A DNA stretch of 64,000 nucleotides from the NCBI RefSeq assembly GCF_963506605.1, contig NC_083288.1, positions 38,502,001-38,566,000 of the forward strand, in the 5' to 3' direction. The translations under genes and the position numbers were made by a program. Shown here piece by piece: positions 1 to 10,858 of the stretch; position 1 is the stretch's first letter, and every line of letters begins with the position of its first letter. Below the pieces are notes generated by a model. It was not told where the DNA came from, did not search any database, and saw nothing but the letters and a program-made list of their open reading frames with translations. The stretch is from Zootoca vivipara. Taxonomy: Eukaryota.

Positions 1-193
1 CGAAAGGGCGGGTGGCGATGAAACCAATTTCATGAAGAACAAAAAATTTAGCGCAAAGGGGAAGAGCAAAGGAAGGTTGGATGAAGGAGTAACAACAAAG
101 GAGCAGGGGGAAGAAATGCAGGAATCGAGGGAATGAGGAAGCCAGCGAGATGGGAGGCTATGTGTCTCCCAGCCCCCCAGGGGGATGACTCAC

Positions 194-304
194 CAAGTCC
201 TGGTAGAACATGACTTGTTGCTGACACTGGGGCACGGGGAATATCGTGGTAGGTGTGACGGACCGCAGGTGCCACAGAGTGAGCGCTGGCCCTCCACCAC
301 ACAC
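194..304 (-). CDS. THOC6: THOC6 exon, 111 nt
   Basis: [37 protein letters not shown]. Confidence 0.95.
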
Positions 305-3300
305 CTGTGGAAGGAGAAACAGGAAAAGGGTTTGGACACCTGAAGGGAGGGGTCTTAAACCGGCAAGTCAGGGCCCTCCATACTAGGGCCAGGGCCTGGT
401 CTAAGGTGAGTCACAACAGCAGGATGCAGCCACCATGCAAACCTAAGGGAAACATTAAGAAATGGGTCCCTCAAATTCATGTTAAAGGGGGGGGGTCCCA
501 GATCTGAAAAAGCGAAAGACAGCTGCCTTAGGGAACCCACAACCTGCTGGTGACAAAAGCTCTCTCTGCAAGAGCCATAGCTGCCAAGTTATCCCTTTTT
601 AAAAGGGATTTTCCCTTACGCTGAATAGGCTTCCTCGTGAGAAAAGGGAAAACTTGGCAGCTATGGCAAGAGCCCTTTTGCCCACCCAGTGCACCAAACA
701 CTTGTCCATTGCAAATGTCAGCAGCCCCCCTTGCTTCCAATGCCAGTTTCAGAAAATATGGGCAGAACAGGGAGCTCCAAAGAAAGAGGAAGCCAATGTC
801 TCTGGACATCCCATGCGGCATCCGAGAACTGCAAGGCTCAGTGAACAACCTCTTCCCTCCCTCCCTCCTAGACTGCTGCACCCCAGCTCAATACATCTTG
901 GGATATTTAAGCTGTTCTCTTTCTGCAGCCAAGAGTCAATGAACTCACCATCCAGTCAGACTCGGTTGCCAGGCAACGGATCCACTTCCCGTTCTGCGGC
1001 CTATTGCATTCCTAAGGGAGTTGAGGGGAGCATTAGGGGAAGGTGGTCGAAGGAAGCAATGGTTAAGTGGTGAAGCTGGTTATCGGAAATGAGTAAGCGC
1101 TCCATTTCCTCAAAGGTTTCTCTTCGATAAACACTGAGGTCGCAAGTGTGAGGTTGTCTACTGTTAATATAGGTTTCTATTTTTATTAGGGATTGTTGTT
1201 TTGAGGAGTTGGAAATACTTTGATAATAACAGCTGCTGAGTTTACATGTTTTTCTCTACTTTGTAAATTTTAAAAATATGTTCTGGATCAGGCAACCCCA
1301 AACTGCGGCCCTCCAGATGTTTTGGCCTACAACTCCCATGATCCCTAGCTAACAGGACCAGTGGTCAGGGATGATGGGAATTGTAGTCCAAAACACATGG
1401 AGGGCCGAAGTTTGGGGATGCCTGTTCTGGATAGATGGAGAACGGAAGAACGGGGAGGGATAGGAAGGCACTGTGTTCCCTGGGGCAGAGGGAAATGGGA
1501 TAAAACTGCAATACCTCATAAGGTTATCTAAAAGGGTTTAATCCTGGATGGTGATTTGGAAATGGGCTATTAATCTTTCTCATTGCTGCTAAGATCAGTA
1601 TAGTGGTCCATTAGACCACTATTTAGCTGAGTGGTTTCATAAAACATGGAATATAATAGCTCCATTATCTAAACTGACATATTATAGGAGAATGCATATA
1701 TAACAACAGTCAACCTAAATCTATGGAACAACAGAGTTTAATCATGATGTTTTGGAACGACAAACCTCAGGAAAATTTCCAGTCGTATACTTAATTTTGC
1801 TTTATTATAACTGACTAATCTTTTATTGTTTTTTTTCCTTTATGATTATTGTTTGATGCCTTCTTACATTAAAAATAAAGATGTTGATGATGATGATTAC
1901 ATTACCTCATATTTATGTACTTCAATTGATTGAACCTGACCTCCAGTACGTAAATCTGCAAAGAGAGAGAGAGAGAAATAAAGTCCATAGTTTGTCTAGT
2001 CAACTGTAGCTCAGTGGCAGGTCATCTGTTTGCATTCAGAAAGTCCCAGGTTCAATCCTCAGCATCTCCAGTCAGGGATGGGAGGGACCCCACCTGAAAC
2101 CCCAGAGAGCCACTGCCATTAACTATAGACAAATGTTGCTAGATGGACCACAGGCCTCAGTATAAGGCAGCTTCCTATGTTGCATAAACACCAGGCATCC
2201 CCAAACTTTGGACTACAATTCCCTCCAGATGTTTTGGACTACAATTCCCATCATCCCTGACCACTGGTCCTGTTAGCTATGGATCATGGGTGTTGTAGGC
2301 CAAAACATCTGGAGGGCTGCAGTCAGAGAAACAAATACAGGTATCCGGAGTCTGAGGGAGGTACAGAAGGAAGGGAAACAGCAGGCAGCAAGGGGGCTGC
2401 GGATCCTCACCCCAAAGGCGCACAGTGCCGTCCTCACTCCCTGACAGGCACTCCCTGAGCTGGTCTCGAAGGGCCAGGCAGTGGATATAATCAGTGTGGC
2501 CTTGATATTCTTGCTGTGACAGAGAGAGATGAAACAGAGTATGACTTGCAATGGATGGAGGTAGGACACTTTCTGGAGGTTGCAGAGATATGCTGCAGAA
2601 TAACTGAGAAATTATATTATGACACTCTATTGCTGTTGCAGAACAACACAGAATCCTGAAAAGCTATTTTTATTAAGTTTTCAGCAACCATAGGCAAGGG
2701 GAAAAGCCTTGGGAGTCTGGAAATTGATTGATGAAATTGAAAACTTGACAGATTAAGAGGATTTATTTCCAGTTTATAATAACCATTTGGGGATACTCTA
2801 ATGAGGAGAAGCCCCTGTAGGAGATGATAAAGAGCTGCCTTAAATAAACCTCCTCTCTCCCCTCATTTCATCAGCCCCGTGATGCTGGAAGCAGGACTCA
2901 CCGTAAAGGTGCCAGATTCCAGATCCATCATGTGAATGGAACAGTCTCCCCCAGCCATTAGAAGACTATTATCCTGAAGGAGGAAGGGGGAGAAATGGCA
3001 AGAATGAGGCCGAGGCAGATGAGTGAACCATGCCGAACCCTCCCCATATTGCGCTGCGCCTGTACCTTGAGGTTCAGCTGAAGGCTGTTGATTTCTGGCA
3101 CCTCCAAGCTGCTCCTGAGCAGAAAAGCAAAGAGAGAGTTTTTGCCATCTGTACATGCACAGAGAGGAAGAAAAGTTGGCAAGGGGAAAAGGGGGAAATC
3201 AAAGTTATACCCATAAGGCGGCCTCCTGCTCCAGGCTTCTTTACAACCCTGCGGCAGAAGGCAGAAGAAGGTTAAGAGAAACACAGTCAAAGTCAAAAGG

Positions 3301-4413
3301 AAGTCAGGAGAAACGTGGGTGGGGAACCGATGAGCCAACCACCCGTACCTTCTTCACAATCTCACTCCAGTTCCAGGCCTTGACTTCCCCATTGCCAGCA
3401 CTGAGCAGCTGCCGGTCTGTGGAAACCAGGGCATAGACAGGACCTTCGTGAGCTGTGGGAAGAAGAAGCACCTGAAATGGATGGATTTGGGCATGGCAGT
3501 GGTGAAGTGCATTCTGGGTAATCCCCGGCTTGCCAGCCTGAAGTTTCGGAGTTTAACTTTGCCAGGAACACATTTTTCCCCCATCACATTTGCAGAGGGC
3601 TTGCAAGCCCGTGGCCAGATTCAAGGGGGCCTTGGGGGTAAGGACAGTCCTGGGAGAGCCCCCTACCTTGGTTAGCTTACCAATCAGCAGGGGCAGGACT
3701 GTGACAGGGAGAGGCCACGGTGACCACTCGGCCCACTGCTCCACTCAGTGAAGGGCCCTTAAAATTAAAGGAGTCATGCTAGGTATGTCAACACGGCAAA
3801 TCATCACACAGGCACCCAGCCACCCATGCCAAGGTGGGGAGAGGGTCACCAGACTGGCACTTTAGAGAGAGATGGCAGGGGCAGGCGGTGGCATTGAATA
3901 ATGGCACTGATGCACAGGCCCCTCCAGACTGAGGTGTTGGGTTTTTCCCCAGCTGCAGGCTGCAACACATCATTGGCGCAATAATAGTATGTTGGTGGTG
4001 GATTTATACTGGATCATTCACACATCATTCTGCTTTATTGGTTCTTCTGTGATGCCTCCCCAACGATACTGTATAAAAGGCCTCAGCCCAGCATACCTGA
4101 AGGAGCATCTCCACCCACATCGTTCAGCCCGGACACTGAGGTCCAGCACCAATGGCCTTCTGGCGGTTCCCTCCCTGTGAGAAGTGAGGTTACAGCGAAC
4201 CAGGGAGAGAGCCTTCTCGGTAGCGGTGCCTGCCCTGTGGAACGCCCTCCCATCAGATGTCAAGGAAATAAACAACTACTGTATCTGACTTTTAGAAGAC
4301 ATCTGAAGGCAGCCCTGTTTAGGAAAGTCTTTAATGTTTGATGGTTTATTGTGTTTTATATTCTGTTGGAAGCTGCCCAGGGTGGCTGGGGAAACCCAGC
4401 CAGATGGGTGGGG

Positions 4414-4460
<47 letters not shown>

Positions 4461-5198
4461 GAAAGCAGGACTGCGAATAACCATTCTGATACCATCATGA
4501 ATAATCATGAATGCACAATAAATATGATACATGTAGAGGCCCTATGAGCCCAAAGGCTGGGGGCTTTTTTGGGGTGGAGGGTGGAGCCACCCAGCCCAGT
4601 GCTTCTCATCTCAAGGCCAGGGCCTTAATTTATTAATTAATTAAATGATGCCAGCATTAGCCACAGCAGGCTCTCCTGGAGCCCAGCCAATGCTGCATGC
4701 TGATGCTGGGCCTGGGGATCTGCTTTATGGGAACTCCTGGCATTGCCACAAATGGCCAACCATAATAAACAAGCAGGTTGGCATGGGAATGAATGCTCAA
4801 TGCATCTCGGGAGTTCCTGGACTCCTTGCAGTTGTTGTGGTTATTTGCTTATATCCCGTTGGCCTTCCCGAAGGAGCCGCATCTTAATAACAATTCCAGT
4901 AGAGGCTGTGTTTCCCACCTACCTGCAAAGGACACCACCGGCTTCTTGCTCTCCTCCTTAGCCTCTGAACTCAGTGCTGCAGAAAGGCTGGAGAGGAAGA
5001 AACACAGAGGTGTGAGAAAATGCAGAGATCCTTCCTCCCTCCCCCAATAGAGCATAGTCTGTGTTAAAAGGCGCTCGATTACCTGAAGATGGCAATCTCT
5101 CCATAGTTGTTCCCAGCTGCCAAGTACTTGCCACATGGCGAGACGCTCTGGGAGTAGACAGTCATGTGCAAGAGTTCCAGGGATCGCTGAATATCCAT
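194..5198 (-). CDS. THOC6: THO complex subunit 6 (WD40), partial. Coding exons 5198-5083, 4987-4923, 3452-3349, 3248-3211, 3114-3066, 2973-2902, 2513-2411, 1955-1906, 1011-949, 304-194; remaining exons lie before position 1
   Basis: Spliced translation [257 protein letters not shown] matches recalled human THOC6. All introns are GT-AG with compatible phases. Confidence 0.97.
576..665. mobile_element. 90-bp hAT-type MITE (TIR CATAGCTGCCAAGTT)
   Basis: TIRs plus 8-bp TSD GCAAGAGC; other copies at 5296-5386 and 60768-60857. Confidence 0.9.
949..1011 (-). CDS. THOC6: THOC6 exon, 63 nt
   Basis: [21 protein letters not shown]. Confidence 0.95.
1289..1424. mobile_element. 136-bp palindromic hAT MITE (CAGGC...GCCTG)
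   Basis: TIRs plus 8-bp TSD TTCTGGAT. Confidence 0.9.
1906..1955 (-). CDS. THOC6: THOC6 exon, 50 nt
   Basis: [17 protein letters not shown]. Confidence 0.93.
2411..2513 (-). CDS. THOC6: THOC6 exon, 103 nt
   Basis: [34 protein letters not shown] (GH...WD repeat). Confidence 0.95.
2902..2973 (-). CDS. THOC6: THOC6 exon, 72 nt
   Basis: [24 protein letters not shown]. Confidence 0.95.
3066..3114 (-). CDS. THOC6: THOC6 exon, 49 nt
   Basis: [16 protein letters not shown]. Confidence 0.93.
3211..3248 (-). CDS. THOC6: THOC6 exon, 38 nt
   Basis: [12 protein letters not shown]. Confidence 0.93.
3349..3452 (-). CDS. THOC6: THOC6 exon, 104 nt
   Basis: [35 protein letters not shown]. Confidence 0.95.
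4073..4460 (+). mobile_element. L2-type LINE 3' fragment with (ATT)n tail
   Basis: [12 protein letters not shown]...RTLRSS...LLAVP, followed by a RAFSVA...LWNALP-type terminus. Confidence 0.8.
4923..4987 (-). CDS. THOC6: THOC6 exon, 65 nt
   Basis: [22 protein letters not shown]; AG/GT flanks. Confidence 0.95.
5083..5198 (-). CDS. THOC6: THOC6 first coding exon (equivalent to human exon 2), 116 nt
   Basis: ccag|ATG GAT ATT...ATC TTC AG|gtaatc; [38 protein letters not shown]. Confidence 0.95.
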
Positions 5199-5295
5199 CT
5201 GGCAAGAGGAACAAGCAGGAGAAGTCAAGGCACAATACATGCTGCAAATCATCTGGCTCGCTCCACAAACGGAGATTTAAATACTGCATCTAATG

Positions 5296-5386
5296 CATAG
5301 CTGCCAAGTTATCCCTTTTTTTAAAGGGATTTTCCCTTATGCTGAATAGGCTTCCTCGCGAGAAAAGGGAAAACTTGGCAGCTATG
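5296..5386. mobile_element. 90-bp hAT-type MITE copy
   Basis: TIRs plus 8-bp TSD ATCTAATG. Confidence 0.9.
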
Positions 5387-5739
5387 ATCTAATGTGAGTT
5401 TTTAAAATGCCCCGTGGGTCAACATAACGCTTTTGTTTTGCTACTGCTTGTTTAATATGGTCACGATTTATATTTTGATGGTAAGCTGCCTTGGTTTTGA
5501 GTTTTAATTTTGCTGCGGTACTTATATATTTTTTCTATCACTCTACCTTGAGTTTGATTTTATAAGAAAACCAACTTAACAGAAATTACTGTAAAATAAA
5601 ATTTTAAACCACTTGATAATGCTGAGCGCTGAGAGTGGAGCAAAAAGAGGAGCCGCATTGCAGCAAACGTTAGTCCAGGCAAAGCGCACACTCTATGCAC
5701 ACTGTCCGGGGAGTAAGCCCATTGAACACCGTGGGACTT

Positions 5740-6540
5740 ACTTCTGAGTAAGCACGCAAACGACCGCGATGTTAAACTGCTCATCCAAACCCGCCCCGGT
5801 CAATGGGAGCCAGCGGCGGTGCAGGAGCGACGCGCTTTCCTTTATCCTTCGCTTAACGCCGCCAATGCCAAAGTCGGACACTAGGGGGGCGCGCACGCAC
5901 CCTTGAGACCTTGTCTCGTCTCTATGATTACAAAGAGCCGGAACGACGAGAAACCGCAAGGCACGACGGGATTCGGAGGCTCCGCGGTCAAAGCAACATA
6001 GACCGAGAGTGTAAAAAGGAACTACGTTTCCCAGCACACATCGCGCTAGTATCGGAAGGTTCCCCCCTCCTCGCTCGTCACGTGAAAACGAAATTTGGTC
6101 GCTGGTTTACACTCTGCTGGTTCCCCAGGCTGCTGTAGAGGCGCCTCCGTTGTGAAGACCAGCGTGAGGAACACACTTCCGAACGGTAAGAGGTATATAT
6201 TTTAAAATCCCCTGCCGCTATGTTAACGGCGCGTGCGCACACGCTTATCGCCAGACCCGGATTTTAACCCGCCTCCCGCCCGCCCCGCGTGTTGTCTGCA
6301 CCGACCGTTATTGGCGTCACCTTCCTTCCACCGCACAGCGGCAGCCGCACGTACCTCAGAGAATCAAGGGGCGCCCAGCCCCACCTTGAATATAACCACG
6401 CCCTTTCCTGTGGAGTGGACACGCCCACCAAGTTGTGGCAAGGCTCCGCGAGCGCAAAGCATCTTGGGATTCCGGTATTTCTGTTAGCCCTGTAGCAAGG
6501 CGTCATGGGAGCGCCTTTAAATGGCTGCCTGTGAGCGCAA
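5740..6540. promoter_or_regulatory. CpG-island bidirectional promoter shared by THOC6 (-) and HCFC1R1 (+)
   Basis: CpG-rich stretch between head-to-head genes. ZNF143-type motif ACTACGTTTCCCAGCA at 6021-6036, GTCACGTG at 6077-6084, ETS-like CACTTCCG at 6174-6181, GC boxes near 6270-6290. Candidate donors: plus gaacg|gtaag after 6185, minus gagt|gtaaac after 6111. Confidence 0.8.
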
Positions 6541-7877
6541 AGGCTGCTGGGATTCCCAAACCTTGGCAGGGAGAGCTAAGCGCTAGTCGGGTGGGTCAAG
6601 GCAAACTTCCTTTATCCTGAAGTGGCCTTAAGGATCACTGGAGAGCGACCTGCTGTCCTTTTTATATCATGAGCTTTTAGGACAAAAAGGGGCAGTTGCA
6701 GAGTTATCGTAAACACATTTGCAACCTCAAAATCAAAAACACAACACTTTTAAGGATGGTAGAGGTGAATCATACACAACCATCAGGTTAAGGTTACCAG
6801 ATTTTTTTCAATGAATCTGGGGACACTTTTCAACTTACTACTAAATAGATGGAATTCGTCAGGGGACTGATTTGTAAATCTGTCCCTGGGAAACGGGGAC
6901 GTCTGGTAACCTTACATCAGGTATTACTTTGAACAGACACACTGCGTTCTAGATTTATGCACATCTTCCAAGAGTTATATAATGGAATAGAATAATTTAT
7001 TATTGGCCAAGTACATTTTCCAACATACTTGGAATTTGTTTCGGCTACATTGCAATGTAAAAATACGCACACTGTTCCACTTAACAATACAAATAAGCAT
7101 AGAAACCCACCCATAATTGACCTCCCCTTCAACTACACATCTACAAATTTAACAATGGCACAAGGGAAAAATATAAATTATATATTTATCCAATATAAAG
7201 ACCGCTATCTGATGAAAACGCTTTGCTTGATTAAGGTGTTGGAAACCTAAAGAGCATCTGCAGAGACCCCTGTGATAAGAGAGGAAGGAGCTTTGTATGT
7301 GGGACTCAGCCTTACATCTCAAAATGAGCAGCTTGAAAAGCACCTGAAGACAACAGGTGCAACGTCTAATGCAGTGGCTTTTCAAAGGAATTCATTCATT
7401 CATTCACCACCCATTTTCCCCGGCGGAGACTCAATGTGGCTTACAGACAAAATAGGAACAAATAGGATTTAAAAGTACGCAAAGGACCCACTTAATAAAA
7501 AGATCATGTGAGACCAGCTTCCTTGCTCATATCAATTGCCCCCTAAAGTGCACAGCTTCAGAGGGTCATTGGCTATGCTCAGTCATATACAGGGTAATGG
7601 GAAGGCTCTTCAGGCCTGGTCAGTGTTCTGCATGAACCAAGTACAAACCCTAGGATGCTCTCTCAAATCCTTTCTAACACACAGCAATGCACTTCCATCA
7701 ATATACTAGCTCCACTTTGCATTGGGCTGAAGGCTCCAGAAAAATCTTTTAAAAATAGACAGCTTTTTCACAGGTTGGTGTGATTCAACAGCTCCCTTGC
7801 ACTAGCAGTGTTTCAGGGCAGGATTAGCGCTACAGAAGAGAGTCTCAGTTTAACACCCTTCATGTTTTACCTCACAG

Positions 7878-8071
7878 ATGGATCAGACAACTGGCCAGCA
7901 ATCGCCAACAATTATTCCAACCAGCCCGTCCACGTGCTGCTCCTTCTTGGCTGGGAGCAGGGGTTGGAGCCACACCATGCCCTCAGGCAGGCAATGGCAC
8001 ACAGCACGCAGAATGCCATGGATAAGGCAAAGCCAGGGCTTGGTGAACTTGAATAAAAGACAGCAGTCCCG
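7878..8071 (+). CDS. HCFC1R1: HCFC1R1 coding exon 1
   Basis: ttttacctcacag|ATG GAT CAG ACA...TCC CG|gtaagc; phase compatible with next exon; weakly conserved N-terminus. Confidence 0.75.
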
Positions 8072-10231
8072 GTAAGCATGTGCACAATGAGGCTTTTTGT
8101 TTGGGTGAAGAGGAAAGGATACGGTACATTTTGAGGATGGGTTGAGGGAGAGTAAAGTGGATTTTGACAGCGCCCACCTCTCTGGCATTTATTCACAGGC
8201 AAAAAAGTGACCGACCTGTTGGAAGCTTTTAAAAACATGCCAGGGAAGGAACATGCAGCCATTTCGTTGGGCTTCTTATTTTGCAGCTTTGTTTTGAAGG
8301 AAAGAGGCAAAAGGGCAGACAGTGGGCTACAGTCATAAACTCGCAGGGAACTTACTGTAATTGATTACAGGAATTTATATATTCTGAAGGCACTTTACAA
8401 TGCTGTTCACACACAATTTAGGTAAAATAACTGTAACAAGACAGTGAAACTCAGCAATGTAAAACATTTAAAATGTATTTACTTGCCAGCTATATAACAA
8501 CGTAGGCACTAGGCAAGCCTCTCTGGGGGAGGTATTTCACTCCTGCTGTCTTATACCTTGTCTCAGATGGCAAGTACACTTGTAGAAGATTCTTGGCTAA
8601 AGATCTTAAGGTATATATAGAGGTACGCAGCCCTTCAAGCATTCTGGTTCTGTAAAGAGCTTTAAAGATCACGGGGTGGGTGCAGAGCCGTAGCTAGGTG
8701 ATCTTGCACCCCTGGCAGGACCGTCCAGATTGCGCCCCCTAGCCATGGACAAATTAGCTCTTCTTTCCGCCTCGCCTCCAACCCTGCCCCAATTCAATTC
8801 ACACTCTTATTTAAAACCTTTTATTACAGTATAAGGCAATAATCGATATTTTTATTTATAGACATATTTATGTACATATTTTAGCCAATTTTGCGCCCCC
8901 TCCTTGCCTGCGCCCCTGGTGGGGCCCCACCTCACCACCCCCCTAGCTACGTCCCTGGGTAGGTGTGGGCGGGGAGAAGAGAAAAAACATAATTCAGTGC
9001 TGTGGGGAAGGAAGGAGGGGCCCTGCAAACCCATGGACAGCTTTTGGGAGATCTTTGGGTCTCGAGTACAACTGTAGCTTTTTGTTTTAGGTGCCGGTCA
9101 ACATCCTTTGCTTTCAAACGCCATCTGGAGCATAGAGATCAGTAAGTGTGACATAAGATGAGGAGTTATTGCTGATGCATGAAGTAATTAGGGCTAGAAA
9201 CTTCCATCTTCATATTCCACTTTCTTCTTCCATATACAGGTTGCAATTGCATCATGTTTTCTTAAGAGGTTTTTTTGTTTTGTTTTTTGCTGATTAAATA
9301 TATTCCGTTGTAGTTTTCTGAGAACAATGAATAAACTATTGAACATGCAATTTTCATTTAAGTAAGCGTGTGCTTTTTGTATCCAACACTAAAAATGCCA
9401 AATGGAGTTTGAAAGCTCTCCTGTTTGCCTTAATGTGCTGCAGTGCATGATGGGCCATGCTGAAGGGCAGAGTGGGGAGAGCGAGCTTGGCATGAATTGG
9501 TACAGGACAGGATTGGTGTCACTGGACCCTGGACTCCTTGCCATTGCTCTCTGTGCATCAACAGGGAACCCAGTTCCAAACACTTCCTCTCGGAGGACAA
9601 GATGGCTGCCCGCTTCAACTCTCTTAGCCTGGACAATGACCATGTCTACAGCTCCAATGGTTTCCCTCTCTACGATGAAGATCCCAAGTGGCAGGACGCA
9701 TATGCACGCCTGAAAGAACTTCAGCAGAGGTACTGGGGACCACAGCTTTGTGGGGGGGGCAGTCAGGGAAGCAGAATAGCAAGGCTTCATTGTGTGAGAT
9801 TTTCTCTCTCTTAGGCTGTCCCAAGATGGAGCAAGTGAAGAAGCTAGTTCGGACGAGGACGAGCACAACAGTGTACTTGTGGATGGGGAATTCATTATGG
9901 CAGATTGCCCCATACTGGCACATCCTTCCTTCCTACAAGAGCCTGTTGGAGGAGTCGGCCTTGTGCCTGAAGAGGTATTTCTTTCTCTGTAAGTATAGCA
10001 CAAGACTGGGGAAGAAAAGAGGAACCCTGGAAAGCATATTCATTTGCATCAGTAACTAGCATCCTCCCTCATTCTTACAGGAATCCTTGTACAGAAGTGG
10101 TCCTTTGGAGCCCTCCTAGTAACTCAGGCTTTCACAGTATCCGGACATTGATGGCTATCCCATCTTCCCTCAGCTCTCCTGCACAGCCTCAGCAAGAAGC
10201 AGGGGCAATACAAGAGGAAATGGAAATATAA
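7878..10231 (+). CDS. HCFC1R1: Host cell factor C1 regulator 1 (HPIP), 244 aa. Coding exons 7878-8071, 9091-9141, 9565-9729, 9815-9988, 10081-10231
   Basis: 735-nt spliced ORF with all introns phase 2 and GT-AG. FKRHLEHRDQEPSSKHFLSEDKMAARFNSLSLDNDHVY resembles recalled human TKRRLEEEQEPLRKQFLSEENMATHFSQLSLHNDHPY (HCF-binding motif DHxY). NPCTEVVLW resembles SPCSELLLW; C-terminus EEMEI resembles DIMEL. Head-to-head with THOC6 as in human. Confidence 0.9.
9091..9141 (+). CDS. HCFC1R1: HCFC1R1 coding exon 2 (51 nt, symmetric, skippable in frame)
   Basis: ttttag|G TGC CGG...GAT CA|gtaagt; CRSTSFAFKRHLEHRD. Confidence 0.85.
9565..9729 (+). CDS. HCFC1R1: HCFC1R1 coding exon 3 (contains DHVY HCF-binding motif)
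   Basis: EPSSKHFLSEDKMAARFNSLSLDNDHVYSSNGFPLYDEDPKWQDAYARLKELQQ. Confidence 0.93.
9815..9988 (+). CDS. HCFC1R1: HCFC1R1 coding exon 4 (acidic)
   Basis: ctcttag|G CTG TCC...TCT CT|gtaagt; open frame LSQDGASEEASSDEDEHNSVLVDGEFIMADCPILAHPSFLQEPVGGVGLVPEEVFLS. Confidence 0.85.
10081..10231 (+). CDS. HCFC1R1: HCFC1R1 last coding exon
   Basis: NPCTEVVLWSPP...AIQEEMEI*; TAA at 10229-10231. Confidence 0.9.
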
Positions 10232-10815
10232 GCTTTCACCCATCTTAGTCTAAAGCCAAAACTCATTTTTTTCCGGTTGGCCTGTCAGACTTTCAACAAA
10301 TGACATCATTATCCAGCATCAACACATTCGATTGCAAATGTTTTTACAGCAGCATAGGAACACCCATCATTTTTCAACCGACTGCAATAATCTGATCCTC
10401 TCCCCTCTACTAGATGTAAAAGCGTGTGTGTGGTCGTTTCTGGTGTGTGTGCATATTGCTGTTTTCTTTTCCAATAGGAAAGTTGCCAGTACTTAGGAAA
10501 AAGTACAACTGTGGTGTCTCAAGGTGCTATGACTTAAAATGTTAATATTGCTTTTTAGAAGTAATTTCAAAATGGACTTTCTGAACTTCTCCTTTTTATC
10601 AGAGAGCTGATATTTTAACTTCCATCCCACCCACCCCCAAAAAGTGTTTGTGTGAAGATCAACTAACATTTTCTCTTTCCTTGTGGGAAAGGCATCTTGA
10701 CCTTTTACTTCCAGAGAGCTGAAAACAAGATGTTATTCCAGAGGGTATCAACAAATGACAATATGACAAAAAAAAACCCTCTTGGCACCAAAGGATGGGT
10801 AGCCATGTTTGGAGA

Positions 10816-10858
10816 AATAAAAGAGTAAGAGGTGGTTTCATATCTAAATTTCTTTATT
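10816..10858. terminator. Convergent polyadenylation signals: AATAAA (+) 10816-10821 for HCFC1R1 and AATAAA (-) 10858-10853 for the RAB35 paralogue
   Basis: Both hexamers are in the sequence, downstream of the respective stop codons in AU-rich UTR-like DNA. Confidence 0.6.

Noticed and set aside
2005-2180. tRNA-like A/B box sequences (also near 22895, 50715, 57690, 62903)
   Set aside because: SINE heads; no complete cloverleaf, so not called tRNA genes
9389-10003. 204-aa minus-strand ORF
   Set aside because: Antisense shadow of HCFC1R1 exons
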